Source: Octopus vulgaris
Taxonomy: Eukaryota
DNA length: 64,000 nt
Direction: 5' to 3'
NCBI GenBank assembly: GCA_951406725.2
Contig: OX597817.1
Coordinates: 124,744,001 to 124,808,000, forward strand
Under the pieces are notes generated by a model that saw only the letters and a program-made list of their open reading frames with translations, was not told the DNA's origin and searched no databases. Position numbers and translations under genes: made by a program. Shown one piece after another: positions 1 to 10,997 of this stretch. The stretch's first letter is position 1. Every line of letters starts with the position of its first letter.

Positions 1-722
1 TTTTAGGTCCAAGAATTACACCCTACTACTTAATTCCCAATCAAAATTTTTTGCAAATGTATACACATGCATGAGTTTCTTTTGTCGAACTGGAGGACAG
101 CATCCACTCTAGATTTAATAGTTACTTCACAAATTTTGACCTCCTTTCTGTTATATCATTCTTTACCAGCTAGTTAATTATGGTTTCTATAGTAAAAGAG
201 AATGAAGATCCTGGTTTTCTTTTTCTTCCTTCTCAGTCTACTTTTTATATTAATCTTTTCTACGTTTTATATTTTCCTGTTTTTTTTTCTGCTCTTATTT
301 TCTCAAATTTTCTAGTAGTGCAGCATCCTGGTTTTAAAATATATCTGCTGCATGAACTAAGCCTTAAATACTACTTGGAGATACATGGCATGCTGTATTA
401 ATATACCAATTTAATGTTAAAGTATAAATATTTTGTAATTGCATGCATTAAATAATATTTATCTCTTCCTTGATGAAGTACATTCTTGCTTATTCAATCA
501 ATATTGGATATGTAAGCTATATATTTGTGTATATGTATGTGTGTGTGTGTGTGTGTGCGTGTGTGTCTGTGTGTGTGTGTATGTGTGTCTGTTTGTCTGT
601 ATGTATGTATGAACATCGTCTTCAATTCTTTTATTGGTTTTTTTTTATTTTGTTTCTTTTTTTACTTTCAGCATAAGTGTTATGGCTAGAATGGAGTGCT
701 AGTATTATTTCTACAATGTGAA

Positions 723-1136
723 ATAGGCATTGGAGTGGCTGTGTGGTAAGTAGCTTGCTTATGAATCACATGATTCCGGGTTCAGTCCCGGGCAAGTGTC
801 TTCTACTATAGCCACAGGCCGACCAAAGCCTTGTGAGTGGATTTGGTAGACGGACACTGAAAGAAGCCTGTCATTTATATATATATATATATATATATAT
901 GCATGTGTGTGTATGTTTGTGTGTCTGTGCTTACCCCTCCCCCCACCTACAACATCGCTTGACAACCGATGCTGGTGTGTTTATATTCCCGTAACTTAGA
1001 GGTTCGGCAAAACAGACCGATAGAATAAGTACTACGCTTACAAAGAATAAGTCCTGGGGTCGATTTGCACGACTAAAGGCGGTGCTCCAGCATGGCCGCA
1101 GTCAAATGACTGAAGCAAGTAAAAGAGTAAAAGAGT
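723..1136 (+). mobile_element. SINE family A (tRNA-like head, central (TA)n/(TG)n, AAAGAGT-repeat tail)
   Basis: Head GGAGTGGCTGTGTGGTAAG...GGGTTCAGTCC, shared body and tail AAAAGAGTAAAAGAGT. Near-identical copies at 41791, 45623, 50220 and 55746 (+) and at 5312, 48795 and 53586 (-). Confidence 0.9.
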
Positions 1137-1144
1137 GCTAAAGG

Positions 1145-1352
1145 AAATGAGCTGAGCTGACAGAATCATTATCACACTGAGTAAATTGCTGAGCAGCATT
1201 AGGTTTTGACTTCAAATGTGGCCAGAGTCGACTTTGTATTTCATCATTTCAAGATTGATAAGATAAGCAACAGTCTTGCACTGGGTCGATATAATAGATT
1301 ATCTCCCTACCTCATAATTTCAGACCTTGTGCCTGTAGTAGAAAGGATTATT
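1145..1352 (+). mobile_element. SINE family B, degenerate
   Basis: GAGCTGACAGAATC...GTCGACTTTG...TGTGCCTGTAGTAGAAAGG; aligns by eye with 54528-54745 and with the minus-strand copies at 38930 and 40145. Confidence 0.7.
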
Positions 1353-3356
1353 TCTACAGTATTTATCTTATGGTGAGTAAGTGAGCTTGTTACTATTGCT
1401 TTCAGTAGTGCTTCTCGCTGTGACATTGATTCATCTGGAATAGCATAGAGTGTGCAGCTACTTACTAAATACATTTACATCAACTCTATACAGATTTCTT
1501 GGGGAAGTGTTGAAATGCTGTGAGCCTTTGAATACTAAGTTGTTGCAACATGTGGTTCAGCCCTTTGAAGGGGGTAGGTGGGTTTGTAATGATGAGCATT
1601 TCATACACACATACATACATACATATCTATGTGTGTGTTTATATGTTCTTTCTTTTGACAAATTTTGAAATATCCTATATTCACATTATCAAGCTTAACA
1701 TAGAGCATTTCTAACAGCTCAATGAATATTTATTTTCTTCAATTGGATTTCTTAATCTAATATTGCTTTAAAAATAGATTAATTAGATTTCCATACCTCA
1801 TTAATACAAAAGGTTGTGGATATTTTTCATTAATTTTCATATGACTAGGACAGTTTTAATTAATCCAGTCTTCCTTTATTGGCAGTTCAACTAATTTTAT
1901 TGATGAAGCATATTCCATTATTTGGGTAGATAATAAATTGAGCAGTTTCTTAGCTGCTGTTTGATCTTAGGTTAACCTTCATGGAGATAGTATCCCAACA
2001 CCAACAATCTCATTTTCTTCTGTCTCAGGGACTTTATTCTCCAATTTTCTTTTTATTTATGATGGTATTATGTAATCTGAGAGAATTTTGGCAATTATTT
2101 CTCGCGCATTGAGTGAATGCCTTGAGGTTTCCCCTTCAACTCAGAAAGTTTTATTCAATATTATTTGTTAACTAGTTATATAAAAAAGGGCAGTTCATTA
2201 CTATTAAAATATATGTAAACCTTTGTCTGTTTATACACATGTTAATTATTAGTTCTCATACATACTAAAATTATTCCCTCTACCTAATTGAATTTCAAGA
2301 CTAAAAGATAATCAACAATGTCATTAAAATATCAGTTTATAGGTTAGACAAATATGAAAAGCATTAAAAAATATGTTAACAGAAAGTCTTGCAATCACAA
2401 CAATTTTGCTTCAATAAATATTGAAGTTTTGCAGAAAAGAAATACATTCCTTTAGAATTTGTAAGCTGCGCATTTCTTCACATAGTTCTTCCTTAAGTTT
2501 TGTATGTTTATTTTTCAATACTGGATTAAAGTTACTGATAAGAACATGTACACAGCTTCCTTGATCATGTGTAATTCCAAGACAGCTGTAAAATTTATAT
2601 TTTGATAAAGCAATTTGGTTTATTTCTTTAACTCGGCAAATGAATCAGTATTTTTCTCAATTTGTAGTATTGAAATAATCCTCAAGCTAAAAAGAAAATT
2701 CATAAATCAAACTGAATGCATTTGTATATTTTCCTTGTGGTAGTCGTATTAGATTTTTGTGAGAGTTACTTTGAATGCAATTCCTCTCGAACAACAGTGA
2801 CATTTCAATTTAAAACTAAATGACTAAAAGCTATTTCAAAAGATGACAAAATGAATTTAGACAATTAAAAATTGCAGTATTGTTGAACTTCTACTTTATC
2901 AAACAGATTAGCTTTGATAAGGAGTTTGTTATAAAACAGTTAAAACAATATGATATAAAAGACTGTGTTCAGCATAAAACTGTATCTTGCTTTGTGTTAC
3001 AAAACAACAAACTTCATTATTCTCATATTTTTTAATTGACCACTTACAATTATGTACTGAAAGCAGTTTCAAACATTGGACATTACTGCTTAGCAACAGT
3101 TTAAGAATATGCTGCTAATGTCTTTATTTTTCTAAAAACAACAGTGAAGATTCTTCTGCTGAAAGCTGAAGTATAGGCGTGGTTGTTTGGTAATAAGTTT
3201 GCTTCCCAACCACATGGTTCTGGCTTCAGACCCTCTGTGTGACATCTTGGTCAAGTGTCTTCTACTATAGCTTCATGATGACCAGTGCTTAGTTAGTGGA
3301 AATATTTGATGGAAACTGTATATATATATATATATATATATATACATTCATGCATA

Positions 3357-5185
3357 CAGTACCATGCACAAGTCTTCACCCACTTTAAACTGTTGTAAAT
3401 TTTTTATTAATTACCAACTTAATAGTGGATGTTTCACATTTCATTTTTTACAGATGAAACATTGGCCCTGTTGGAATCATTTCCATGCCTAATCAATATA
3501 TTTCATAGGAGGGGTTCTCATTGAGAAGGGAAGATGTGAGACAACCAACAAAAACTGCTACGCAAAAGTTTTCGGCCACCTCACATAAACCAATCAAGAT
3601 GCAGTGTTTTAAAACAGAAAAATGTCTATAAGGAAAATTTATTACAATATTTTTCATTTCAAGAAGTTACTGTAAATTGTTAATATTTCGTGTGGCTTCC
3701 TTTAGCTTGAATAATTGCTTTAATGCACCTGAAAAGAGATGCATACGAATCCTTTACCATCCCCACAGGTATGAGATGCCATTCTCTGTGACTGAGATCC
3801 TACAACTCTTCAAGATTGCATGGATTCTTCTGATGAACTCTTCTCTTTGGTTCTGTTGACATTTGCTCAATGATATTTAAGTCAGGTTTCGAGCTGGCCA
3901 ACCTTTCAATACAGTAACACCTTAATCAACCAGACTCTGTTGTGATGCATGTGATATGTAGCATGGAGCTCTGTCATGCTGAAAACTCTCAGCTTCATCC
4001 AAGTCTGGTATCAAATTGTCATTTAGCAACTGGATGTATTTGGCACTGCTCAAGTTACAGTCAATTTTAACCAACATTCTTGCACCATCGCTTTTTATGT
4101 ATCTCCAAAGAATTACACTCTTAACCCCAAACTTCACTGTTTTCATGTAATGTAGGTTATTTCAGTTTCCTGGAGGCCTTCTGATAAATTTTATTTTATT
4201 AGAAAGCGAAACAACCCACGTTACATGATGAAAGCAGTTAAGTTTGAGGGTTAAGTTTGAGGGTAAGCTTCAGGGATACATAAAAAGTGATGGTTCAAGA
4301 AAGTTGGTTAGAATTGACAGTAACCTGATTAGTGCCAAATACACCCAGTTTCTGAATGAAAATTTGATGCCAGACTTGGATGAAGGTAAAATTTTTCAGC
4401 ATGATGGAGCTCCATGCCACAGATCATGTGAACCACAACAGAGTCTGGTTGATGAAGGTATTACCATATTCAAAGACTGGCTAGCTCAGAGCCTTGACTT
4501 AGATGCCACCAAACAAATGTGGACAGAACTAAAGAGAATAGTTCATCAGAAGAATCCATGCAATCTTGAAGAGTTGTAGGATCTCAGCCACAGGGAATGG
4601 CATCTCATGTTGAGATGGTGAAGAATTTGTACACGTCTCTTCTCAGGTGCATTGATGCAATTATTCACTACACTCACGGAGTGGTTGGCGTTAGGGAGGG
4701 CATCCAGCTGTAGAAACATTGCCAGATTAGACTGGAGCCTGGTGCAGCCTTCTGGCTTCCCAGAACCCCGGTCGAACCGTCCAACCCATGCTAGCATGGA
4801 GAACGGACGTTAAACGACGATGATGATGATGATGATTCAAGTTTAGGGAAGTCACACAAAATATTAAGGTACAGTAAACTTTTTAAATGAACATTTTGTA
4901 ATAAACTTTCATTATAGACATTTTCAGTTTTAAAACACTGTATTTTGATTGGTTTATGTGAGGTGGTAGAAAACTTTTGCGTGGCAATTTTTGTTGGTCG
5001 TCTCACATTTGCCTCCTTCATTCAAAACCCCTTCTATGAAATATAATGATTAGGTATGGAAATGACTCCAACAAGGCCAATGATTCATCTGTAAAAAAAA
5101 GCAATGCAAACCATTCACTTTTAAGTTGGCAATTAGTCAAAATTTATAATAGTTTAAAGTGGCTGAGGATTTTTGCACAGTAGTG
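3357..5185. mobile_element. Palindromic (fold-back) Tc1 derivative made of two inverted 3' halves
   Basis: Begins TA|CAGTAC. Arm 3357-~4160 is the diverged reverse complement of arm ~4212-5185. ORFs 3922-4146(-) and 4244-4579(+) encode the same Tc1 DDE segment (KTVKFG...FQHDGAPCH...). Confidence 0.85.
4668..4834 (+). mobile_element. 5'-truncated retroposon 3' end (RTE-like tail, (GAT)n)
   Basis: TSD ATTCA at 4663-4667 and 4835-4839; the empty site GCAATTATTCAAG is visible in the opposite arm. The same 3' end occurs at 26821-26983. Confidence 0.8.
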
Positions 5186-5311
5186 TGTATATATGTATGT
5201 ATGTGTGTGTGTACATGTATGTCTTTGTTTCTATACTTGTACCCTACCACCACTTGACAACTGGTGTTGGTATGTCTACAAATTTGTGACTTAGTGGTTC
5301 TCTCTTTTTCT

Positions 5312-5717
5312 CGTTTTACTCTTTTTACTCGTTTCAGTCATTTGACTGTGGCCATGCTGGGGCACCGCCTTTAGTCGAGCAAATCGGTGCCAGAACTTAT
5401 TCTTTGGAAGCCAAGTACTTCTTCTATCAGTCTATTTTGCCAAATTGCTAAGTTACAGGCATGTAAACACACCACCATCGGTTGTCAAGCGATGTTGGGG
5501 GGCAAACACAGACACACAAACATATACACACACATAAATATGTATATATATATACGACCTGCTTCTTTCAGTTTCCATCTACCAAATCCACTCACAAGGC
5601 TTTGGTGGGCCCGAGGCTATAGTAGAAGACACCTGACCAAGGTGCCATGTACTGGGAATGAACCTGGAACCATGTGGTTGGTAAGCAAGCTACTTACCAC
5701 ACAGCCACTTCTGCACC
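5312..5717 (-). mobile_element. SINE family A
   Basis: Reverse complement of the family A consensus, with an internal deletion. Confidence 0.85.
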
Positions 5718-7111
5718 TATTTTGGGTTCTGCACCTAATTTTAGATTCTGCATAAAAGACTGATAGAATTAGTAACAGGCTTTAAAGAATAAGTACTGTG
5801 GTCAATTCCTTCAATTAAAATTCTTCAAGGCAGTGCCCCAGCATGACCACAGTCTAATGACTGACACAAGTAAAATATTTATAAGAATTAAAAGCCATTA
5901 TGAAAAATCTCAACAATCTCAGAATATCGACTTCAAAAAGAAACTAAGAGGCTTTGATTCCATTGATATGGCTGAAAGAAAACACTAAAGGCAAATAAGG
6001 TAGGGTCTCAAAAACGGTGAGTTTGAAAACATCAAACTGAGTTTATCTAAGCAATCAGTTGAGAAAATTTCCCATTAAGTGTGTTTAAAATCTAAGAGCA
6101 ACTTTGAGAAATAATTTCTAGAAGGTCAGTTGAGTGAAACATTTTGACTATATAAACAATGCAGATCAGAATGTATTTGGCCTGACCTTTGAAGCCAACT
6201 AGTGAAAGTAAAAGACATGTTTTGGTTTTAGACAGCCACAGTGAAATATATGCTTCTAAGCATGTCTAAGGGCGATCAGTGTATATAGAATTAGAAGAAA
6301 TATATTGTCACTGATTATGAACATGAACAATAAGATAGAGCGGAGCATTTTGCATGTCAAATACAAACATAGTTAGGTTCTACATATGTATATGGTTGCC
6401 ATGTTAACTGAAAGAAATATAGTAGATAGTACTCAAAAGAGACCAGAATTTTGCAATATTATTTTATTCACTTAGTTTTACATGTTTATACAGTTACCGC
6501 CTTCAAAGTATTCTCCATTTGAAGCAATACATTGGACCAGATGTGATTTCCCCTGTTTGAAGCAGGCCTAAAACTCTTGCAAAGTGATGCCTTTTAACAC
6601 CTCCCTCATTTTTTTCTTCACCCTCTTCCACATCTGCAAAAAATTTTCCTTTAAGAATTTTTTCATTTGAAGGAACAAAAAAAAGTTGAAGGAAGCAAAG
6701 ACAGGATGAATAGGGAGGGTGGGTAAGTGGGGTCATGCCATTTTTGGTCAAAAACTATCTCTTGCTCAAGGTGGTGTGTGCAGGTGTATTGTCGTGATGA
6801 CACCACTACTGTCAACTTTGTCACAGCTTGGGGTGTTTTCGTTTCACCATGTCTTGCAAATGCTTCAGAAATGCCAGAGAAAATGTCTGGTTAAGAGTTT
6901 GACAAGGACGAACAAATTCTGTATGGACAATTCCTTACACACCGATGAAACAATTAAGCATCATCCTTATATTGAACTTCAATTGACAAGTTTTACTGAG
7001 GGTATGGTGACACCGAATGCTTCTATTGACTTGATTTTTGTTTTGTTTCCAGATCAGAGCTATAACACCAGCTTTCATCACCAGTGATGACCTTCAAAAT
7101 AAGGCCCAAAT

Positions 7112-8713
7112 CACAACATGCATTCAGACACAACTGCTTTTGATCTTCACAACATGCATTCAATTCAAAACATGCATTCAGTCATGACTGATTTTGATCT
7201 TCACAACATGCATTCATTTTACAACATGCATTCAGTCATGACTGCTTTTGATCTTCACAATATGCATTCATTTCACAACATCCATTCAGTCATTACTGCT
7301 TTTGATCTTCACATCATGCATTCATTTCACAATATGCATTCAATCATGACTGCTTTTGATCTTCACAACATGCATTCAGTTAGGATTGCTTTTGGTTTTC
7401 ACAAAATGCATTTATTTCACAACATGCATTCAGTCATGACTGCTTTTGATCTTCACAACATGCATTCAGTCAGGACTGCTTTTGATCTTCACAACATGCA
7501 TTCATTTCACAACATGCATTCAGTCATGACTGCTTTTGATCTTCACAACATACATTCATTTCACAACATACATTCAGTCATGACTGCTTTTGATCTTCAC
7601 AACATGCATTCAGTTATGACTGCTTTTGATCTTACCAACATGCATTCATTTCACAACATGCATTCAGTAATGATCGCTTTTGATCTTCACAACGAGCATT
7701 CAGTCATGACCGCTTTTGATCTTCACAACATGCATTCTGTTATTACTGCTTTTGATCTTCACAACATGCATTCAGTCATGACTGCTTTAGATCTTCCCAG
7801 CATGCATTCATTTCACAACATGCATTCAGTCATGACTGCTTTTGATCTTCACAACATGCATTCATTTCACAACATGCATTCAGTTATGACTGCTTTTGAT
7901 CTTCACAACATGCATTCAGTTATGACTGCTTTTGATCTTCACAACATGCATTCAGTCATGACTACTTTTGATCTTCACAACATGCATTCAGTTATGACTG
8001 CTTTTGATCTTACCAACATGCATTCATTTCACAACATGCATTCAGTCATGACTGCATTTGATCTTAACAACATGCATTCATTTCACAACATGCATTCAGT
8101 CATCACTGCTTTTGATCTTCACAACATGCATTCAATTCACAACATGCATTCAATTCACAACATGCATTCAGTCAGGACTGCTTTTGATCTTCACAACATG
8201 CATTCATTTCACAACATGGATTCAGTTATAACTGCTTTTGATCTTCACAACATGCATTCGTTTTACAACATACATTCAGTCATGACTGCTTTTGATCTTC
8301 ACAACATGCATTCGTTTCACGACATACATTCAGTTTTGACTGCTTTTGATCTTCACAACATGCATTCACTTCATAACATGCATTCAGTTATGACTGCTTT
8401 TGATCTTCACGACATGCATTCAGTCATGACTGTTTTTCATCTTCAAAACATGCATTCATTTCGCAACATGAATTTAGTTATGACTACTTTTGATCTTCAC
8501 AACATGCATTCAGTCATGACTGCTTTTGATCTTCACAACATGCATTCATTTCACAACATGCATTCATTTCACAACATGCATTCAATCATGACTGCTTTTG
8601 ATTTTCACAACATGCATTCATTTCACAACAGGGATTCAGTTTTGACTGCTTTTGATCTTCACAACATGCATTCATTTCCCAACATGCAAATAGTTATGAC
8701 TGCTTTTGATCTT
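7112..8713. repeat. Compound minisatellite: 33 x 36-bp and 23 x 18-bp units (1602 bp)
   Basis: Unit CACAACATGCATTCAGTCATGACTGCTTTTGATCTT interleaved with CACAACATGCATTCATTT; units counted from the translated ORF. Confidence 0.97.
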
Positions 8714-8719
8714 CTGTGA
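7118..8719 (+). other. 533-codon His/Met-rich repeat ORF (HNMHSVMTAFDL / HNMHSF), coding status unknown
   Basis: Open frame from ATG 7118 to TGA 8719, antisense to the mariner transposase. Nothing in the sequence shows it is expressed. Confidence 0.25.
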
Positions 8720-9439
8720 GCAAGTGTGGCACAAATTTTGCTGCAACTCTTTCCATCTACAATTTCTCAATCACAATTCATTGGCTAGAATTCCATGACA
8801 CACCAATCATATCAATTACTTCATCAATTTGGTTAGTGATGGTCCTCGAGGATGAGTTTACAAATTTTTGCGATGTTTTCATTTTTCAGCAGCCACTCGG
8901 TTGGTCTTCAAGTGATAAGAGACCATTCCTAAAGTGTGAAAACCATGTGTAAATATATGTTTTGCACATGGCAGCATCCTTGTAAGCTGTTTGTGGCATT
9001 ACAACTGTTTCAGCCCCTGTTTTCTCCACCAGAAAACAGAATCTCATGGAAGCATGTTGTTCTTTCATTTCAGATATCACAAAAATTGACAAACAGGGGA
9101 GAAGCACAGCAAAACAGAGACATACTGTGTGGCAATAGGACATCAGTCAACAACGCAGGTCAGCAAACTGATGCCTGAGGACTGCATCAAATGGCTTCTA
9201 GCGTTGGAAGCCTGAACTGCATGGGGCTTGTCCCACAGAGAATGTTCCTGGTTACTTTTGGATACCTCCTCATATATATAGATTTCACAAGTTTGTTTTA
9301 ATGACAAGATCCACAGTAGCTTCTGTTACCTGTACTAGAAATCACACCTTCCTCTGAGAAGTTGTCTCCTCTTATGGTGTGTGTGTGTGTGTGTGTGTGT
9401 GTTTGTGCATGTGTGTGCGCGTGTATGTGGTTTCAAATG

Positions 9440-9660
9440 ATGCAAACATCACAAAAAATAAAAATAGAGATAGGTGACGGAACAACAAACAGAGTGTATT
9501 AGTTTGACACTCAGATAAAATGGAAGAAGTCTTTAATGTTTGGAGCCAACACATTCCTAGATAAAGGAACGGGGAGAGAAACTATGAGAAAATAGATGGA
9601 GAGAGGATAAAAGTAAAGAGAAGACAGATGGAGAGAGGAAAAAAGAGAAGAGAAAAATAA
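9440..9660 (-). mobile_element. Penelope-like terminal repeat (pLTR) remnant
   Basis: Minus strand GGCTCCAAACATTAAAGAC...CTGAGTGTCAAACTAATACAC resembles the pLTR-like segment at 52915-53005. Confidence 0.45.
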
Positions 9661-9699
9661 TTTTTCTGGACTAATGGTTGCATGTGTTGAATATATATA

Positions 9700-10955
9700 C
9701 AGGGATTGGACAAAATAATGGAAACACCTTACACTTTCAAACAAATTTATTTTAACATGGGGTAGGACGACCTTTGACAGTAATTACAGCTTGAATTCTA
9801 TGAGGTATGGACTTGTACTAAGTTTTAATTGTTTCCAAAGGAAACATTCTTCAGCTAAAACAGTCTACAGTTCTTGTAGTGATAATGGTCAAGGATATTG
9901 ACCCTAAACATGTTTTTCTAAAATGCTCCGTAAATGTTCAATAATATTGAGATCTGGGGACTGTGGTGGTCAGATAAGATGTTCAACTTCACTAGAATGT
10001 TCCTCATGCCATTCAGTAACAACTTTATCTGTGTGAATTGGTGCATTATTATCCTGAAAGATTACATTTCCCTCTGGAAACAGTTCCACAACCATAGGAT
10101 GAATTTGATCAGATGAAATGCTTAAATAGTCTTGACTATTAATTCTGCCATAAAAGGAAGCCATTGGGCCAGCAGATTTCCAATATATAGCCCCCACCCC
10201 TACCCCCGATCATCACAGATCATCTTCTATGTTTAACTGTTAGAAGAAGGCAGTGTGGGTCAAATGCTTCTTTTAGCTGTCTTCACATGTATGTTTAGCC
10301 AGTGGTCAGAAATAGGGTAACGGATGACTCGTCCGAGAAAATGACATTCTTCCACTGCTGTAAGGATCAATTCTGTAGGTTTTTACTCCACTCTAAATGC
10401 TTTGCAACGTTTGTTTTTGAATGTAGTGGTTTTCTGATTGCAGCCCTCCCATGAAATCCACCCTTGTGCAGCTCCCAGCAAACAGTTTTTGTGGAAACTG
10501 GGTTCTAGAAGAGATCATTAAGCTCTGCAGTAATTTTGGCAGCTGAACTTTTGTGATCCTTTCTACCAATTTGCATAAGAGTCTGATGGTCCCTATCTGA
10601 ATGTTTTGGTTTTCTTTTGAAGTTTTGTTTCAACAAGGGGATTTTCCCTCTTTCTCAAAGGCTGTCATTACTTTTGAAACAGTACATTTAAGTTGTTTTC
10701 ATTTTGCTAGTGCCTGCCATACGAGCACCAACAATTTGACCTCTTTGAAAGTCCGATAGATCTGTCATTATAATGAATTTTAATTACCTTTTTCTGATTA
10801 TATCTGACAAGAAACAGCAACTTTAGCAAAACATTTTAAGCAACACTAATAATAAAAAAAAGCATAAAAATAAACAAGCATTTGCCAGTTTTATAGATAT
10901 TTCAAAATTATGATACTATGATGCTAGATGTTACCATTTTTTTGTCCAATCCCTG
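9700..10955 (-). mobile_element. Tc1-family DNA transposon, full span but degenerate
   Basis: TA-flanked ~27-bp TIRs (CAGGGATTGGACAAAATAATGGAAACA / CAGGGATTGGACAAAAAAATGGTAACA). The transposase starts at ATG 10768 (MTDLSDFQRGQIVGAR) and retains VIFSDES, FQDNNAPIH and PDLNIIEHL, with stops and frameshifts. Confidence 0.93.
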
Positions 10956-10997
10956 TACAGACACACACACATACATATGTACATACATATATATATA

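Larger units (their letters stand above)
3172..5875 (+). mobile_element. Old SINE family A copy split by later insertions (pieces ~3172-3356, ~5186-5300, ~5746-5875)
   Basis: The head, post-microsatellite body and 3' tail are collinear with intact family A copies once the inserts are removed. Confidence 0.7.
6420..9273 (-). mobile_element. Degenerate mariner transposon interrupted by an internal tandem expansion
   Basis: Imperfect TIRs: GATAGTACTCAAAAGAGACCAG at ~6425 versus the reverse complement GAGGTATCCAAAAGTAACCAG at ~9247-9268. Minus-strand peptides include the N-terminal HTH region EQHASMRFCF...WFSHFRNG, then AAKFVPHLLT, VITGDESW, HPPYS and YFEG. Length without the expansion is ~1.29 kb. 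Confidence 0.9.

Noticed and set aside
759-965. Recurrent small ORF family (...RLLSVSVYQIHSQGFGRP...) appearing many times
   Set aside because: It is the antisense translation of SINE family A, not a gene family.
7112-8713. Regular repeat array as a CRISPR-like locus
   Set aside because: There are no unique spacers, the units derive from mariner transposase sequence, the context is eukaryotic, and no cas genes are present.
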